Source of the DNA: Takakia lepidozioides
Taxonomy: Eukaryota > Plantae > Bryophyta
Direction: 5' to 3'
NCBI GenBank assembly: GCA_030704615.1
Contig: CM060731.1
Coordinates: 39,432,001 to 39,496,000 of the forward strand
Length of the DNA stretch: 64,000 bases
Shown one piece after another: positions 29,001 to 40,739 of this stretch (its first letter is position 1; every line of letters begins with the position of its first letter). The notes below the pieces were generated by a model. The model saw nothing but the letters and a program-made list of their open reading frames with translations, made no database searches and was not told where the DNA came from. The position numbers and the translations under genes are program-made.

Positions 29001-29723
29001 ACACGCGCTCCGCGAGTAAGGGGCCGGCGTATGAATGTGCCTTCACAAGAATTGCCCATGGAATTGCAGCCTCTAAGTTCATTCCGCCATTGGCTTCGGA
29101 CTGAAGTAGAGGATAACATTGCGAAAGGTGAGGTGGTTTCAGATTTGGTGCAAGACATTGCAAGGGGCCCCTCTCAATTTGCGACCTCATACACGGCGGT
29201 TTGGGTTCATGGTCGTCATTTTCGCATTCATGCTCTTGACATGAAGCGCAAAACAACGTTTGATTCTGGCTTGTGTGCCTCATATTGGCAAGACTCCGTG
29301 TGGGGCAGGGGAGATACACGACCTACCATGAGCACACTCAACTACTTTGGAGAGCTTGAGAGCATACTCCAACTTCAGTATACAAGGCACGAGCCTCTTA
29401 TCTTCAAGGTAAGGTGGTTCCAGCCACATCTTGTGGGGCCATCCGCAACAATAGTAGAAGACGAGTGTGATTTCATATGTGTCAATACAGATAGGCTCGA
29501 GTCTACTCATCGTCCCTCCGATGAGCCTTTTTCATGGCCTTCAGACATGGAGCAAGTTTTCTTCTCCGGATCAGGAAATTGGAAGGTGGTTGTGCATGCT
29601 CAGCCAAGAGGAAGATGTATCTATCATGGTCGGGGATCTACATGGGGCGAGACAAATGCGGAGGAGGAAGAGACTGGTCATGACGACGCTGATGTTGGCC
29701 GAGATTGGATAGAGGGGGTATAA
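26069..29723 (+). pseudogene. CACTA TnpD-type transposase (Transposase_21, DUF4218- and DUF4216-like regions); spliced and frameshifted
   Basis: RHVRLSFSSDGVNPF..STWPV..NYNIPP; LLWTMHDYPG; MHIEKNV; GLKSHDY; FFDIQVHLVVHL..GPVHSRWMY..ERYMKTLK..PEGSMAEGY; YFGELESIL..FKVRWF. Confidence 0.93.
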
Positions 29724-32700
29724 GAGAATGATGACGCCCCGGACAATGCATCCCGGACCCTATACGATGAGGCTCCATCAGATGCAGATGTTGGAGAAGA
29801 AGATGAAGACATGGTCATTGAAACCGAGGTGGAAGATGATTCAGATGTGCCTTTTGGTGACCAACCATTTATGACAATGACTCTGATGAGCAAGAAGACT
29901 TGCAGCTTGATGAGGACGAAGAAGCTCCGGATGATGATGTTTAAGTCGATTAGACACGTAATCAAAGCTACATAATAATTCTCGCACTTAACTGTACCCA
30001 TCCTTTCGATTGATTATACGTGTACATGCATGTAGTTTATTTCTATGATTGATTAATGAAAAATCCCTGAAAAAAATCCTTTGTAGGTGTGGCGATCTAG
30101 GAATGATTTTAGTGAAGTTGTGACTCGAAAAGTGACTCTAGGATTGTTGAGTTTTTGTACGAGGGCAGGAATGTTGGAAGACATGGTTCTTGTTCTACAA
30201 GTGTTGACCAAGACTTACCCCTGGAAACCCTTCAATCGATTTGGTTACCATCTCGATGCAACAGAAAGAATCTTTGAAATTGGTGTGAAAGACAACAATG
30301 TTGCCAAAGCCATTGCCAAAGCAATCTACCCTCAACCCTCTAATCCCATGGCCCTTCCCTTTTCCTTTCCTAGTGTCCCCACCCCCTCTTCTTGCCCTTT
30401 GTCTTTAACAATAAGGCCGCTCGGGTTGATCACGGTCTCCCACATGCAAGATAGACCTATTATATTGTAGCACAGAAGGAGAACTAAAAAGATTTGCAAC
30501 AATGGATCCATTCAGGTTGGCCTCTGCCATGACCTTTGCAAAGACACAGAAAAGGCAATATTGCGATTCCCCGCCGTCGTAGACCTGTTGGGGCATCGCA
30601 ATACCGTCGCAAGGCGACCCTTGGAGGTCGCAACCCCCTGCATTTACAATATCTATGACTGCGGATTTTTCCTATGTAATGATTTTTGTTTTAGCTCTAT
30701 TTTGTTCTGTGAATGCAAACCCCAAACCACTACATCCCTGGAAAAAAATGGACAAAAAAAAAAAACAAAGAGTTTCCTTCACTTACTATTGCGGAACTCT
30801 CTATGGAGACTGCATCAAGTTGAAAAGAACTCAACTTCGGAATGCAAATGAGGGAAGAAAATATGGTTTTCAGTTCAAATGATTTTTGTTCACTCCCAAA
30901 ATTTGCACACGCATTGCAAACGCTGTCATTAAGCATATGGTCTAATAGTTTATACGGATGTAGTGGTGCAAGGGTCGAATTCATAGAACAAAACACAGCA
31001 ATTTTTATTATTATTATGTAGCAGCAATCCCTAATCCTAGACCCCCAGGCAAGAGGGCACTTGCGACGCCCCAGCAGGCCTGCGACTGCGGGGAATCGCA
31101 ACGTCGCCATTGTGGCATTGCTGCGATGTTGGGACGTCGCTATCCTCAGCGCGAGCTGGCTCGGCCTTCCCCACGCGCCTAAGTGTGAGGGGGTGTTGTT
31201 GCGATTCCCGGGCGTCGCAGCCTTGCGGGAGCGTCGCAGAGGGCACGTGCAACGCCCGGGCGTCGCAACCCCCAACTTGCTGGCGGGTCATGCCCCAACT
31301 GCAGCGACGCACCTGAATCGCAAGCTGGCGAAGCGTCACCGAAGCGGCGCTGCGGCGACGTCGCTATTTCCGGGCCGAGCGCCTACGCGGCGCAGCAGTC
31401 GCAGGAGGGTTGTTGCGTCTGGCGCGCTCGGGGTCCCGGCGTCGCTAACCCCCCCCTAAACGTAGTACTGTATGGGGATGTGCAAAGCCATACCCTTGGT
31501 TCTTGTTGGTCCTAGTGAGCCAAAAGTCGGTTTATATAAGCTAGAATAGCTAGTAAGTCCAAGTGGGCATGTGAGCGGGTTGGAGCACACCTTCCTAATA
31601 AATAGCCTTTTCAGTATATTCTAGATTCTCATCCATCTATTGTTACCCATTCTTTTATTTTATTTTATTTTCATTCATAACTTGGTGAGTGCTATAATTT
31701 TATTATACTCAATTCCTTTCAAATTTATCCCTTCAATTCTATAATATTCGCCCTTGGTGGCTGATTCGGGTGTTACCTGATCCTCACGGATGTAAGCCTC
31801 ATGGACTTTTGTCCTGGTTAATTTTTCCAGGACTTCCCCTTAATATGATTTATCCTCCCCTTTTATTAGAAAAAATAAATTCAGTTCCCTTTATCAGCTT
31901 TATTATATTCATTTTGTCTCAATTTAGTCATAATGATATCCATTATATTCAGTTCCTTTCAGTTTAATAGTTTTCTCATTTCGCATTTGTTTCTTGCATT
32001 TAATTTATTATTATTTTCTATCGAGGTGAAAACATAAAATATTTTGATTCCAAATCTCACATCTATTTGTTTTTGTTTTGTTTTGTTTTTTCTTACGGAA
32101 CAGGGGACAAAGGCCCTAGAATTATACTAGAAGAAGTGGAAAAAATAACCACCCTGAGGCTGTGAAGGCTTACAGTGGGGATACCACCCCGTGACCATTA
32201 CAATCCAATAGCTTGAGAGGGTTCTATCTATGTGAATTAGAGTCTAAACAAGTAACCATAGAAAGTAATGTCTTGCAGATTGTGTAAGTGCAACACTAAG
32301 AGTAAGAGGCTATAAAAGCCAAGGCATGCAAAAGATGAGAAAGTAGTGACCAAAAAGGAATATGCAAGAAAGTCCTACAGTGGCTATCAAGGAGATTCTT
32401 AAAATTATTAAATGTAATTGTTATCCTCAACAAACCCTGTAAGTGCCGACGGTTTCAATTTTATGTTTTAAATATTTATCATTTTTATTTCAATAAAATC
32501 AGGACCGCCAACTCTAGCATTTCAGTTTTGTGATTAAAGTGTGAAGCCATTACACAAGATCCTATGTGTATCGTTGTAAGGCATGGCTTGCATGTATTCC
32601 ATGCATTTGTTTTTATTTGTACTAAATAATTACTTCAATTTGTGAATTCGGTAATTTCTGACATTTTCTGAAATTTATTTTTCAATTACATTATTGTACT

Positions 32701-33099
32701 TGATTAAAATAAGTATTGAAACAATCTTTTAACTCCTAAATGCAGCCTGCCTACGCTGCCACCTCCAACCCATTTCGTTGGAATTAAGAATTTGAGATTT
32801 GAGACCCAAGCAACATGAATCAAGGTCAATAAGTGTTCCACCACAACACGCTCAAAAGACACCATAATTTACACTTGCTTCGACAACACGTCCACATTTT
32901 TTAGTTTTAGTTTTTAGTTTTCCACCACAAAATATTTCACCATTTTTTTCTGCCAACGTTATAAATTGCAAGTTGCAAGTTACAACATACATTTGATGGT
33001 GGATTAAAGCTATTTCACCCGCCTCCTGGGTGAAGTAAGGGTTGAAGCCTCAAGACGAGGGCCTTAGCTATTATCTTGTAGGTGGAGTTTAACAATGTG

Positions 33100-33556
33100 A
33101 TTGGGACCAGTGGATGGGTCCAATTATTGCAAAGCTAGAAAGACAGCTTGCCTACTAGGGCTCCTGCTTTCTCTCCATTACGAGAAGGTCATTGGTTGCC
33201 AACCAAGTGCTACAGGCTGGAATTTGGTACTTTGCATCGGTATTAGGTCCTAACTCTAACACTATTGCGGAAGTCAAAAGATGCATCAGAAACTTCATTT
33301 GGGGGGCACATTCTGCTGCACAAACCAAACGTCCACAGATTTCTTGGAGTCAGATTTGCCTGCCAAAAAAACTCGGAGGTCTAGGGGTCCTTGATCCAAG
33401 GACCCAAATCCAAGCCCTGCTAGGAAAATGGATACCTCGTTACCTGGGGCCAGATGGAGGTTGGTGGAAGTTCCTGGTAGCAACAACCATCTCCAAGGCC
33501 TTGCCACTCACCTCAACACATTGGGCTCCATCTGAATGTTGGGTGGCTCAAGGCTT
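33100..33556 (+). mobile_element. L1-type LINE ORF2 fragment; target of the gypsy insertion
   Basis: IRNFIWG...ISWSQICLPKKLGGLGVLD...ALLGKW. It reads into the 23791 minus-strand fragment (WVAQGF|HHKSGGSPLW) once the insertion is removed. Confidence 0.85.
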
Positions 33557-33904
33557 TGTCATGGTTTTGTTTGTGATTAGTTAGAAATAGTTATTTCTAG
33601 CTAATTATGACATTATACATTTATATTTGTATTTTGTTGGCATTGGGACTTCATTTGGTTCCATGTGCCAAGTGAGGTGACGAACCTCACTTGGGACGTG
33701 GGGAGGTTATCTCCAAGTGAGACGTAGGCAGACTTGTCTTCTTCTAGTCGAGCCTCCCGAGGCCTCTCTCGCCGCCATAGCTCTAGTACTTGAGATGGAG
33801 AGTGGGTGAGGTCTGTATGGTGGAGTCCTTTAGCAAAGGTGCCATTGGCTTGACTTATATAACGTGATAGAGTGGTTTCTCCTCTTTTCACCATTTCTAT
33901 ATCA
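33557..33904 (+). repeat. Retroelement terminal repeat A1 (348 bp) with ATTGG and TATATAA near its 3' end
   Basis: Starts TGTCATG directly after GCTT. TATA-like box at about 33856. Followed by neither B nor a TGG-type PBS. Confidence 0.9.
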
Positions 33905-34789
33905 CTAGAAGAAGACATGCTTACATCTATGAGTGCAAGGTGTTAGCATAGTTAGCACTTGTGTGTGGAAGAGAGCTTGATAGATAGCTCTTAAGATACA
34001 AGGTGTTGCAGGGTTTACAAGAAGAAAGCCTTGTGGTGTTTATGTACAAGAGTAGGTCTTCAATGAGAGCCCCATTGAAAAGTTTGAGAGCTTGTGAAGA
34101 AGCTCTTGTTCTGCAAGTGTTGCAGGGTTTGATGAGTTCAAGAAGAGCTCGGGTGTTAAGGGAGCAAGCGGTGCATGTGTGGAGCATGGTTTCAGCTTGT
34201 GGGAGTCTTCAACTTCAAGCTTAGGAGAGCTATGAGTGGAGGTAGACATCTGATTTCTCTTTGGGGCAGAATAGTGTATTTGTAGAGCATGCTTTGAGTT
34301 GGGGTTTCAATCCCAAGCTTGGGAAGAGCATGTCTATGGAAGTGGCAAGTGCAGGGCTGGATTAGGAGCTCTAAGAGGTGCACTATGGCCATAGAAAGAA
34401 ACACTAAGAGTGCATGCGATGGCTAGAAGAGGGTATGCCATAGAAAGCTCAATAGCTTGTTTTATGCTTGTTTCAATAAGTTCTATAGAAAAAGAGAGCT
34501 TGTTGTGTGGCAAATAGCTTGCTCAGGGAGTTAGAGGCACTCTTGGTGGTCTATTGATGCTCAAGAAACCAAGAACAGCACCTCTGGTTGCTCTATAGAA
34601 GCCATAGCTCGTTGCAGCAATCGCAGAGGCAAAACAGCACAAACCCTAGCTTGGGAACGCGTGTGAACTCCTTGGGAACTCAAGAGAACGCGTGAGAACG
34701 CTTGTGAACTCCTTGGGAACTTGTGGAAACGCATGGGAACGCGTGGGAACATTGTCCCAGAGTTGGGAGCACCACCATTGTCCAATCGG

Positions 34790-35620
34790 ATGAACTATTG
34801 AGCCAGTGGATGAAAATCGGCGCTCTTGGATGAGAATTGGTTGCAGTGGATGAAACTGTGCCAGCGGATGAAATCTCGTCAGCAGATGAACTATCGCGCT
34901 ATCGGATGAAACATCGCGGTGACGGATGAAATTGTGGCAGCGGATGAACTATCGCGCTATCGGATGAAAAATTGCGTCGACGGATGAAACTGCGCCAGCG
35001 GATGAAATCGCGCCTGTGGATGAAATATCGCACCGACGGATGAACTATCGCGGCGGATGAGATATCGGACCTGCGGATGAGAAATCGCGGTTTTGGATTA
35101 AATTTGGTCAGTGACGGATGAAAAATCGACTGATTGTGGATATTTTTGGAGCCTTCTAGGGGCTTGTTTGAGGACTATTTGGGGTCTATTGAGGCCAATA
35201 TCTTGCAGGTATTTGGGGCCTGCTTTGAGGACTATTTGGGGTCTATTGAAGCCAATATCTTGCAGGCTTGTGGAGCCTGCTTGGGGCTGTTTGAAGGACT
35301 ATTTGGGGTCCTTGGAGGCCAATGTTTTGCAGGCCTGTGGAGCCTTGTGAGGGCTGGTTGGAGGACGATTGGAGATCCTTGAAAGCCAATACTTGGCAGA
35401 TTTGAGGAGCTTCTTAAGGGCTGTTGGAGGACTTTTAGAGGTCTTTGGAGGCCAATACTTGACAGATTTGTGGAGCTTCTTAAGGGCTGTTTAGAGGACT
35501 CTTGGAGGTCCTTGGAGGCCATATTAGGCAGGCTTGTGGAGCCATTGTGAGGGCTGGTTGGCGACCTTGGAGGCCACTAATTGGCGGGCGTCTAGGGCCT
35601 TTTGGTGGACTGTTTGGAGT
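34790..35620. repeat. Two tandem arrays in the retroelement leader: ~20-bp CGGATGAA units (34790-35125) and ~50-60-bp GGAGGCCAATA units (35140-35620)
   Basis: Visible periodic repeats, for example cggatgaactatcgcgctat. Confidence 0.85.
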
Positions 35621-36360
35621 CCAAGTTTGCGAACTTCTTGAACCTCGGTGGGTCTATGTGAGGGGCTGATTGAGGGCAGATTTCAGAAATTCATGGCAAT
35701 AACTTGAGGGCTCTTGAGAGTTATTTGAGAGGTTATTTAAGGATAGTCTTATCTATTGCTTAAGCAAGAGTGTGTGTGAAGATAGGGGGAGTAATGGGAT
35801 AAGAGCATTCTGGGCTTAGAGATTGCTTTAGCTCCTCTTCTCTATAGTCTTCCATCATTCTTGTAGGCCAAAGCTTTTCTGTAAGCGGAGGCAGAGCTGG
35901 TTTGGATAAAGACTTGGCCATCTTGCAGGTTTATTGAAGCCGCAAGGAGATCGATGGATTTAAGCTGTGGGAGGTGTTGTTGTTTGAGTTTCTTGTGTTT
36001 GGATCCTCCTCCCACACATGCATGCTTGACTGTGCGCCATGCTAGTTTGGTTTGGGCACTTGCTTTTATAGGTGGTTGTGCCGGAAATATTGTGGCCGAC
36101 CAATCCTAGAGCGTGCTGTCAGTGGTGAGGCTGGGGTGATGACCAGCAGACCATCATTGTTTCTCTTATGGTGAGGCTGGGTTGATGACCAACAGACCAT
36201 AGGAGTGCCTGCGGTGGATGCAGATGCAGGTGCAGGTTCAGAATATGAACCTAGTATTCCAAACCATAAGCCGCAACAGGTTCTCTGCCCGGTTACCTCG
36301 TGGAAAGGGGGATTAGAGACAAGCTGATAGCCGGTTTGAGTGTGAGTTTTCATCACGGAG

Positions 36361-37770
36361 GTGCCACCAGTTGCTGATGAGAGTGCCGGTACGAGCACCA
36401 GCGATACTAGTGGGTATACAAGACGAGATGTGCAATTTAGGCCACCTTCACCTTCAGTGTCTTCCGATGAAGGTTCAGACTCAGAGTTAGGAGGATTTTC
36501 GCCGAGGGTGCAAGCCATTTCCGTGCCATTGTTGTGGGATACGATGGATGAAATGTATGGAGCTACCAAGGGGCCACGTCGGTACTCGGGAGCTGTGGGC
36601 ACCATCGAGCTTGATGATTTCATACATGAGTTTGATAGTTGGTGTGATTTGCAGCAGATGCGCAATCCACAACTGTTTACGCCTTTTATGGCGTGGGAGG
36701 GGCTGTTTCAGCACCTTGAGGGGCTGCCTATGGATGACTACCATGAGTTTAGGCGGAGAAATGAGGTGGAGATTGAGGAGTGACGACAATATTGGTCACC
36801 TGACTATGTCTCCATCACTAGAGGCACAAGGGCAGCGGCGATACCCGCAGCTACACCAACATCCCCAACTGCTAGCACTAGTAGTGGGACAATTAAAGAT
36901 GGAGCTGGGAAATCCACCCAAGCTTCTGCCGCAACACCAGCACCCGTGCCTGCCTTTAACCCAGTTGTGGAGTTCTTCGAGGAGTTGAGGAGAAACTATC
37001 AGGGAATAAGGACGGAGAAATTGCGGAACTTGCAAGAGTTTCAACGCAAGCCTACTGAGAGTTTGAGAGAGGATTATATGCGCATGAGGCGATTGATAAA
37101 TGTAACCCAAGGGGTTACGGATACTCAAGCAGTCCAATTCTGGTATGGGATATTGGACAAAGAACTAAGGAGAAGGGTGCGGGATGTAACTCTCCTACAA
37201 GTAGACCAACCCACCTTAGCAAACGTGTTTTTGCTGGCAGAGCGGATAGCTTAATATGGTGGAGGAGCGAGTGGTCATGGTGGGGTTTGGTAAAGAGAAA
37301 CAATGAAGTGGGGCTCCTAGCCAACAACAACCATTACCCCAACGTGCTCAAGGCAACAAGGGGGCTCAGGCGAAGCCCAGGGAAGGACAGAGAGGATCTC
37401 AATTGTAGAGGTCACTTCCTTCATTCTCAGGCCAACAACAGTCGGGTGTGACATGTTGGGATTGTGGAGGACCCCATGTTAAGAGAGATTGCCCGGAGAG
37501 AGGCAAAGGGCCGGCACAGGCACGGCCTACACAACTACAGTGTGGGCATTGTGGCAAGTATAGGCATGAAGAGGCCCATTGTTATGACTTGCATCCTGAG
37601 CTACGGCCAGGCCAGTTCCAAGGGAACAATGGTGGCCGAGGACAAGACAATGTAGTCCAGAGAGGTAGAGGAGGCAAAGGTCGCGGGGAAGTCGTAACCA
37701 AAACCAAGGAGCACAAGGTCAAGGTCAAGGTCATGACCAAGGCATGGTGGATAGGCTTGCCCAACTAGAG
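36361..37770 (+). pseudogene. gag: Gag with two CCHC zinc knuckles
   Basis: LDDFIHEFDSWC; LRNLQEFQRKPTESLRE; CWDCGGPHVKRDC; CGHCGKYRHEEAHC. Contains stops and frameshifts. Confidence 0.85.
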
Positions 37771-38529
37771 CAACGTCTTGCTGCCATGGCCACTACTAAT
37801 GTGGCGTCAGCTCCAAGGCATGAGGTTCAAGCCCCACTTGCACAACCTCCTATGCCTATGGAAGACCAGATTGGTATGGGCTTTATGTGTGGAGCCGCAC
37901 TTGCTGGACCATTGCACGTGGACTCTGCAGCTGCTGTCACTCGAGCAGCAACGCGTGCTCCTGAGCCAAGAGGAGCAGATGTGGATTTTGATCCACAAAG
38001 AGGGGAAGCAAGTCGACAGACAAGGCTTCCACAGTCTTTCACATTGGCTGAGACAGTGTCAACTATGCCATCGATGGTACCTGCTCACCCAAGTGTGTCA
38101 GAGGTAGAGCCACGAGTACCAGTGAGGAGAGTTGGTGTGGCTCGGGAAATGCCAGTGGGTGGTGCTGCAAAGTAGGGTGCAGCCAGTACATTGTTGGGGG
38201 CGGCTACGGCGGTTTGCCAAGCTCCATTGTTTTCTGCAATGACCATTGCAATGCCAGGGATTCGGTCAGCTGCTGTGTTCAGACTAGCAGCTAGACTCTG
38301 TGAGAGTGGTGATGCATCGGCACTATCTGCGGGGATAGTGGATAATGTGCAGTGCATGGATGCCCTGGACTCAAGGGTGAAGACAGCCACAGCTGCACCA
38401 TGGCAAGTGGCAGCTGCAAGGTTGCAGGAATTGCCAGCTAGACCAGCCATTGAGCGTAGTATGGTGACTCCTGGGGTGGTCCTGGTGGTAAATCATGATG
38501 GTGTGTTTCAGTTGGGTGGCCCAGCCGGG

Positions 38530-38900
38530 AGGAGGTATAGGCCACTACGGGTCTTGTTGGACTCGGGAGCACAGCCATTGATGTTGGGAAGAGCAACAAT
38601 TGCAGGCTTGGGCCTTACAGAGGCGGATTTGGAGCCTTGCCCTTTCCAAATTCAAACATCTTTGGGTGGTTCAGAGAAGGCACGAGGGATTACACGCCAT
38701 GAGCTCTTCATTCGATTGCAGCCAGATCATCCTATGGATGGCTCAGTCATGAGAGCTAAACCCATTGTTACAAACGCGATGTCCTATGATGTGCTTGTTG
38801 GTGGGGCTGTGTTATACCCCATGGGCTTTACTTTGGACTTTTGGGAGGAAACGGCATCCTACAGGCCGGAATGGCAGTCAGGAGATGGCCGACGTGCACT
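38530..38900 (+). pseudogene. Retropepsin-like aspartic protease
   Basis: VLLDSGAQ catalytic motif and the YDVLVGG C-terminal motif. Confidence 0.85.
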
Positions 38901-39273
38901 GCTCCCAGTGCGGTTTATTGGGAATGTAGCGGTGGATCATAGGAACATGATGCCCACATTGGCTGCATTCTCAAGGGTGGTGGCTTGGGGTGGTGAGCTC
39001 TTGGAGGGCAATAACCATGCATATGATAGGCCATCACCTGATGAGGACAAACAATTGGCATACAAGGCTGATTTGCTTCCTCATGTGCCTGTGCATATTC
39101 CACTGTGGGGTACGGTTGGGAATTTGCATCGAGTAGCAGACGAGTGTATGCACCAAGCATGGCGGGAGGCCTTTCCATTGGTGAGTGAGGGGAGTTCAGT
39201 GACATCACCTGGACCTCCTAAGTTAGTTCATTTGGACACAGTGCCCATTACGTGGCAACCACCTGACTCAGGG

Positions 39274-40210
39274 ATTTGTTTGCTAGACCTGTTTGGAGGC
39301 ATAAGCACTGGGCTTGCAGGAGTGTTGCAAGCAGGGATTAAAGTACGCAAGTACTTGTATGTGGAGAAGGATGAGATTGCTCGGCGTATTTCCATGCGCC
39401 ACATTGCCTTGCTCACACACCGGTATCCTGAGTTGTTGCCTCTCTCAGCAGTTCAAGGGTATCAAAAGGCCTTGCCAGCAGACATTACCTTGCTGGGGGC
39501 GGATGATTTGCAGCGGCATGGTTCCATTGACTTGGTGATAACCGGATGGCCTTGCCAAGGACACTCTCCCGCAGGTCATGGGAATGGCTTGCATGATGCA
39601 CGATCGCATTTGTTTTGGGAGATGTTGCAAGTGTTGCGGGACTTGCAGACGAGGCAAGTGCAACCTCTAGGCTATATCTTGGAGAATGTTCCTCTTATGG
39701 GGGATTCTCGGGCCAGGGTTATGGCCAGTATGCATCAGGTGCGGTCTTGGATTGGATCGGCGGTGCTATTGGATGCAGCAGCGGTGGGATCACGCGCGCA
39801 TCGACCTCGATTGTGGTGGACCAATCTTGCACCACCAGAGCTGCTCAAGAGAGCATACGATTCCATTCATCCGCCACCCAATCTCACGGTTGAGGGCATT
39901 TTGGACCAAGGGAGACAACCACAGAGGGTGCGACATGATGACCGTCCACCTCTAGCAGTGGTCAATCGAGTGGGGCAGCCACGATCGGCTTTGCCTACGC
40001 TCATGAGCTTTCCCTTGTCTCATGCTTTTTGAGACAATGGTCTTGGATTGATTTGGGACAGTGTGCTATAGCAATTGGTGGAGCCCAATGCGGATGAGCG
40101 AGAGCGGGCAATGGGATTTGCCACCGGCACTACAGATGTGCCAGCTCTGTCAGAGGCATCACGCCACCAAGTGTTGGGTCAAGCAATGGATCTAAATTGC
40201 TTGACATGGG
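39274..40210 (+). pseudogene. C5 cytosine DNA methyltransferase domain (DNMT3-like), in frame within pol
   Basis: Motifs in order: I LDLFGG, II YVEKD, III DIT, IV GWPCQG (catalytic Cys), V LHDARSHLF, VI ILENV, VIII AHRPRLWWTNL, IX ERERAMGF, X RHQVLGQAM. Point stops at 40030 and 40069. Confidence 0.93.
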
Positions 40211-40739
40211 TCATTGGCTTGTGCATGGCTGAGCAATGGAGATTGCAAGCATTGATGGCTACTTCTGCACTCCCATTAGATAGTTCATCCTCCCTGCCAA
40301 CCGGGACGGTTGAGGCAGCGAGTGGGGGCGAGCACAAGATCGTGGGTTGCAAACACCCATGACAGATGTGGGATGAGATGCGCAAAAAGAGAGTAATTGG
40401 ATCTCTCAAGCAGCAGTATGAGGAGTGGGGAGAGTCATGGACTGAGGATCAGTTGGAGGCCAAGGTGGTGACCAAGGTTTTTGAAGAGATTGAGAATGTT
40501 TCTTGCTCAGAGGATGTTCTCAAGGTGGCTATGGCGGAGCAAGTGGAGGCTACGCCACAGTCAGATTGGGCGGACAAGGCCCAAGAGGTTGCTATCTAGC
40601 AACCAAGGGATTCGTCTCCTACCTCCAAGCCTGGTATATCCAAGGTTGCAGTCACTGAGGACAATTGGGAACCAGATGTTGGATCTACAGTCACCGGAGG
40701 AGAGAGACGGAGGATCCAACGATTTCTAAGGGCTTATAG

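Larger units (their letters stand above)
25028..31470 (+). mobile_element. CACTA/EnSpm transposon, arm 1 (inside the inversion)
   Basis: Transposase, GCGACG/CGTCGC subterminal repeats (about 30560-31450), and terminus GCTAACCCCCCCCTAAACGTAGTACTG matching the terminus ending at 48599. Confidence 0.88.

Noticed and set aside
39274-40210. Bacterial restriction-modification gene, contamination, or a host DRM/CMT gene
   Set aside because: It is in frame between retroelement protease and RT, has no introns or host regulatory domains, and lies among plant genes and TEs.
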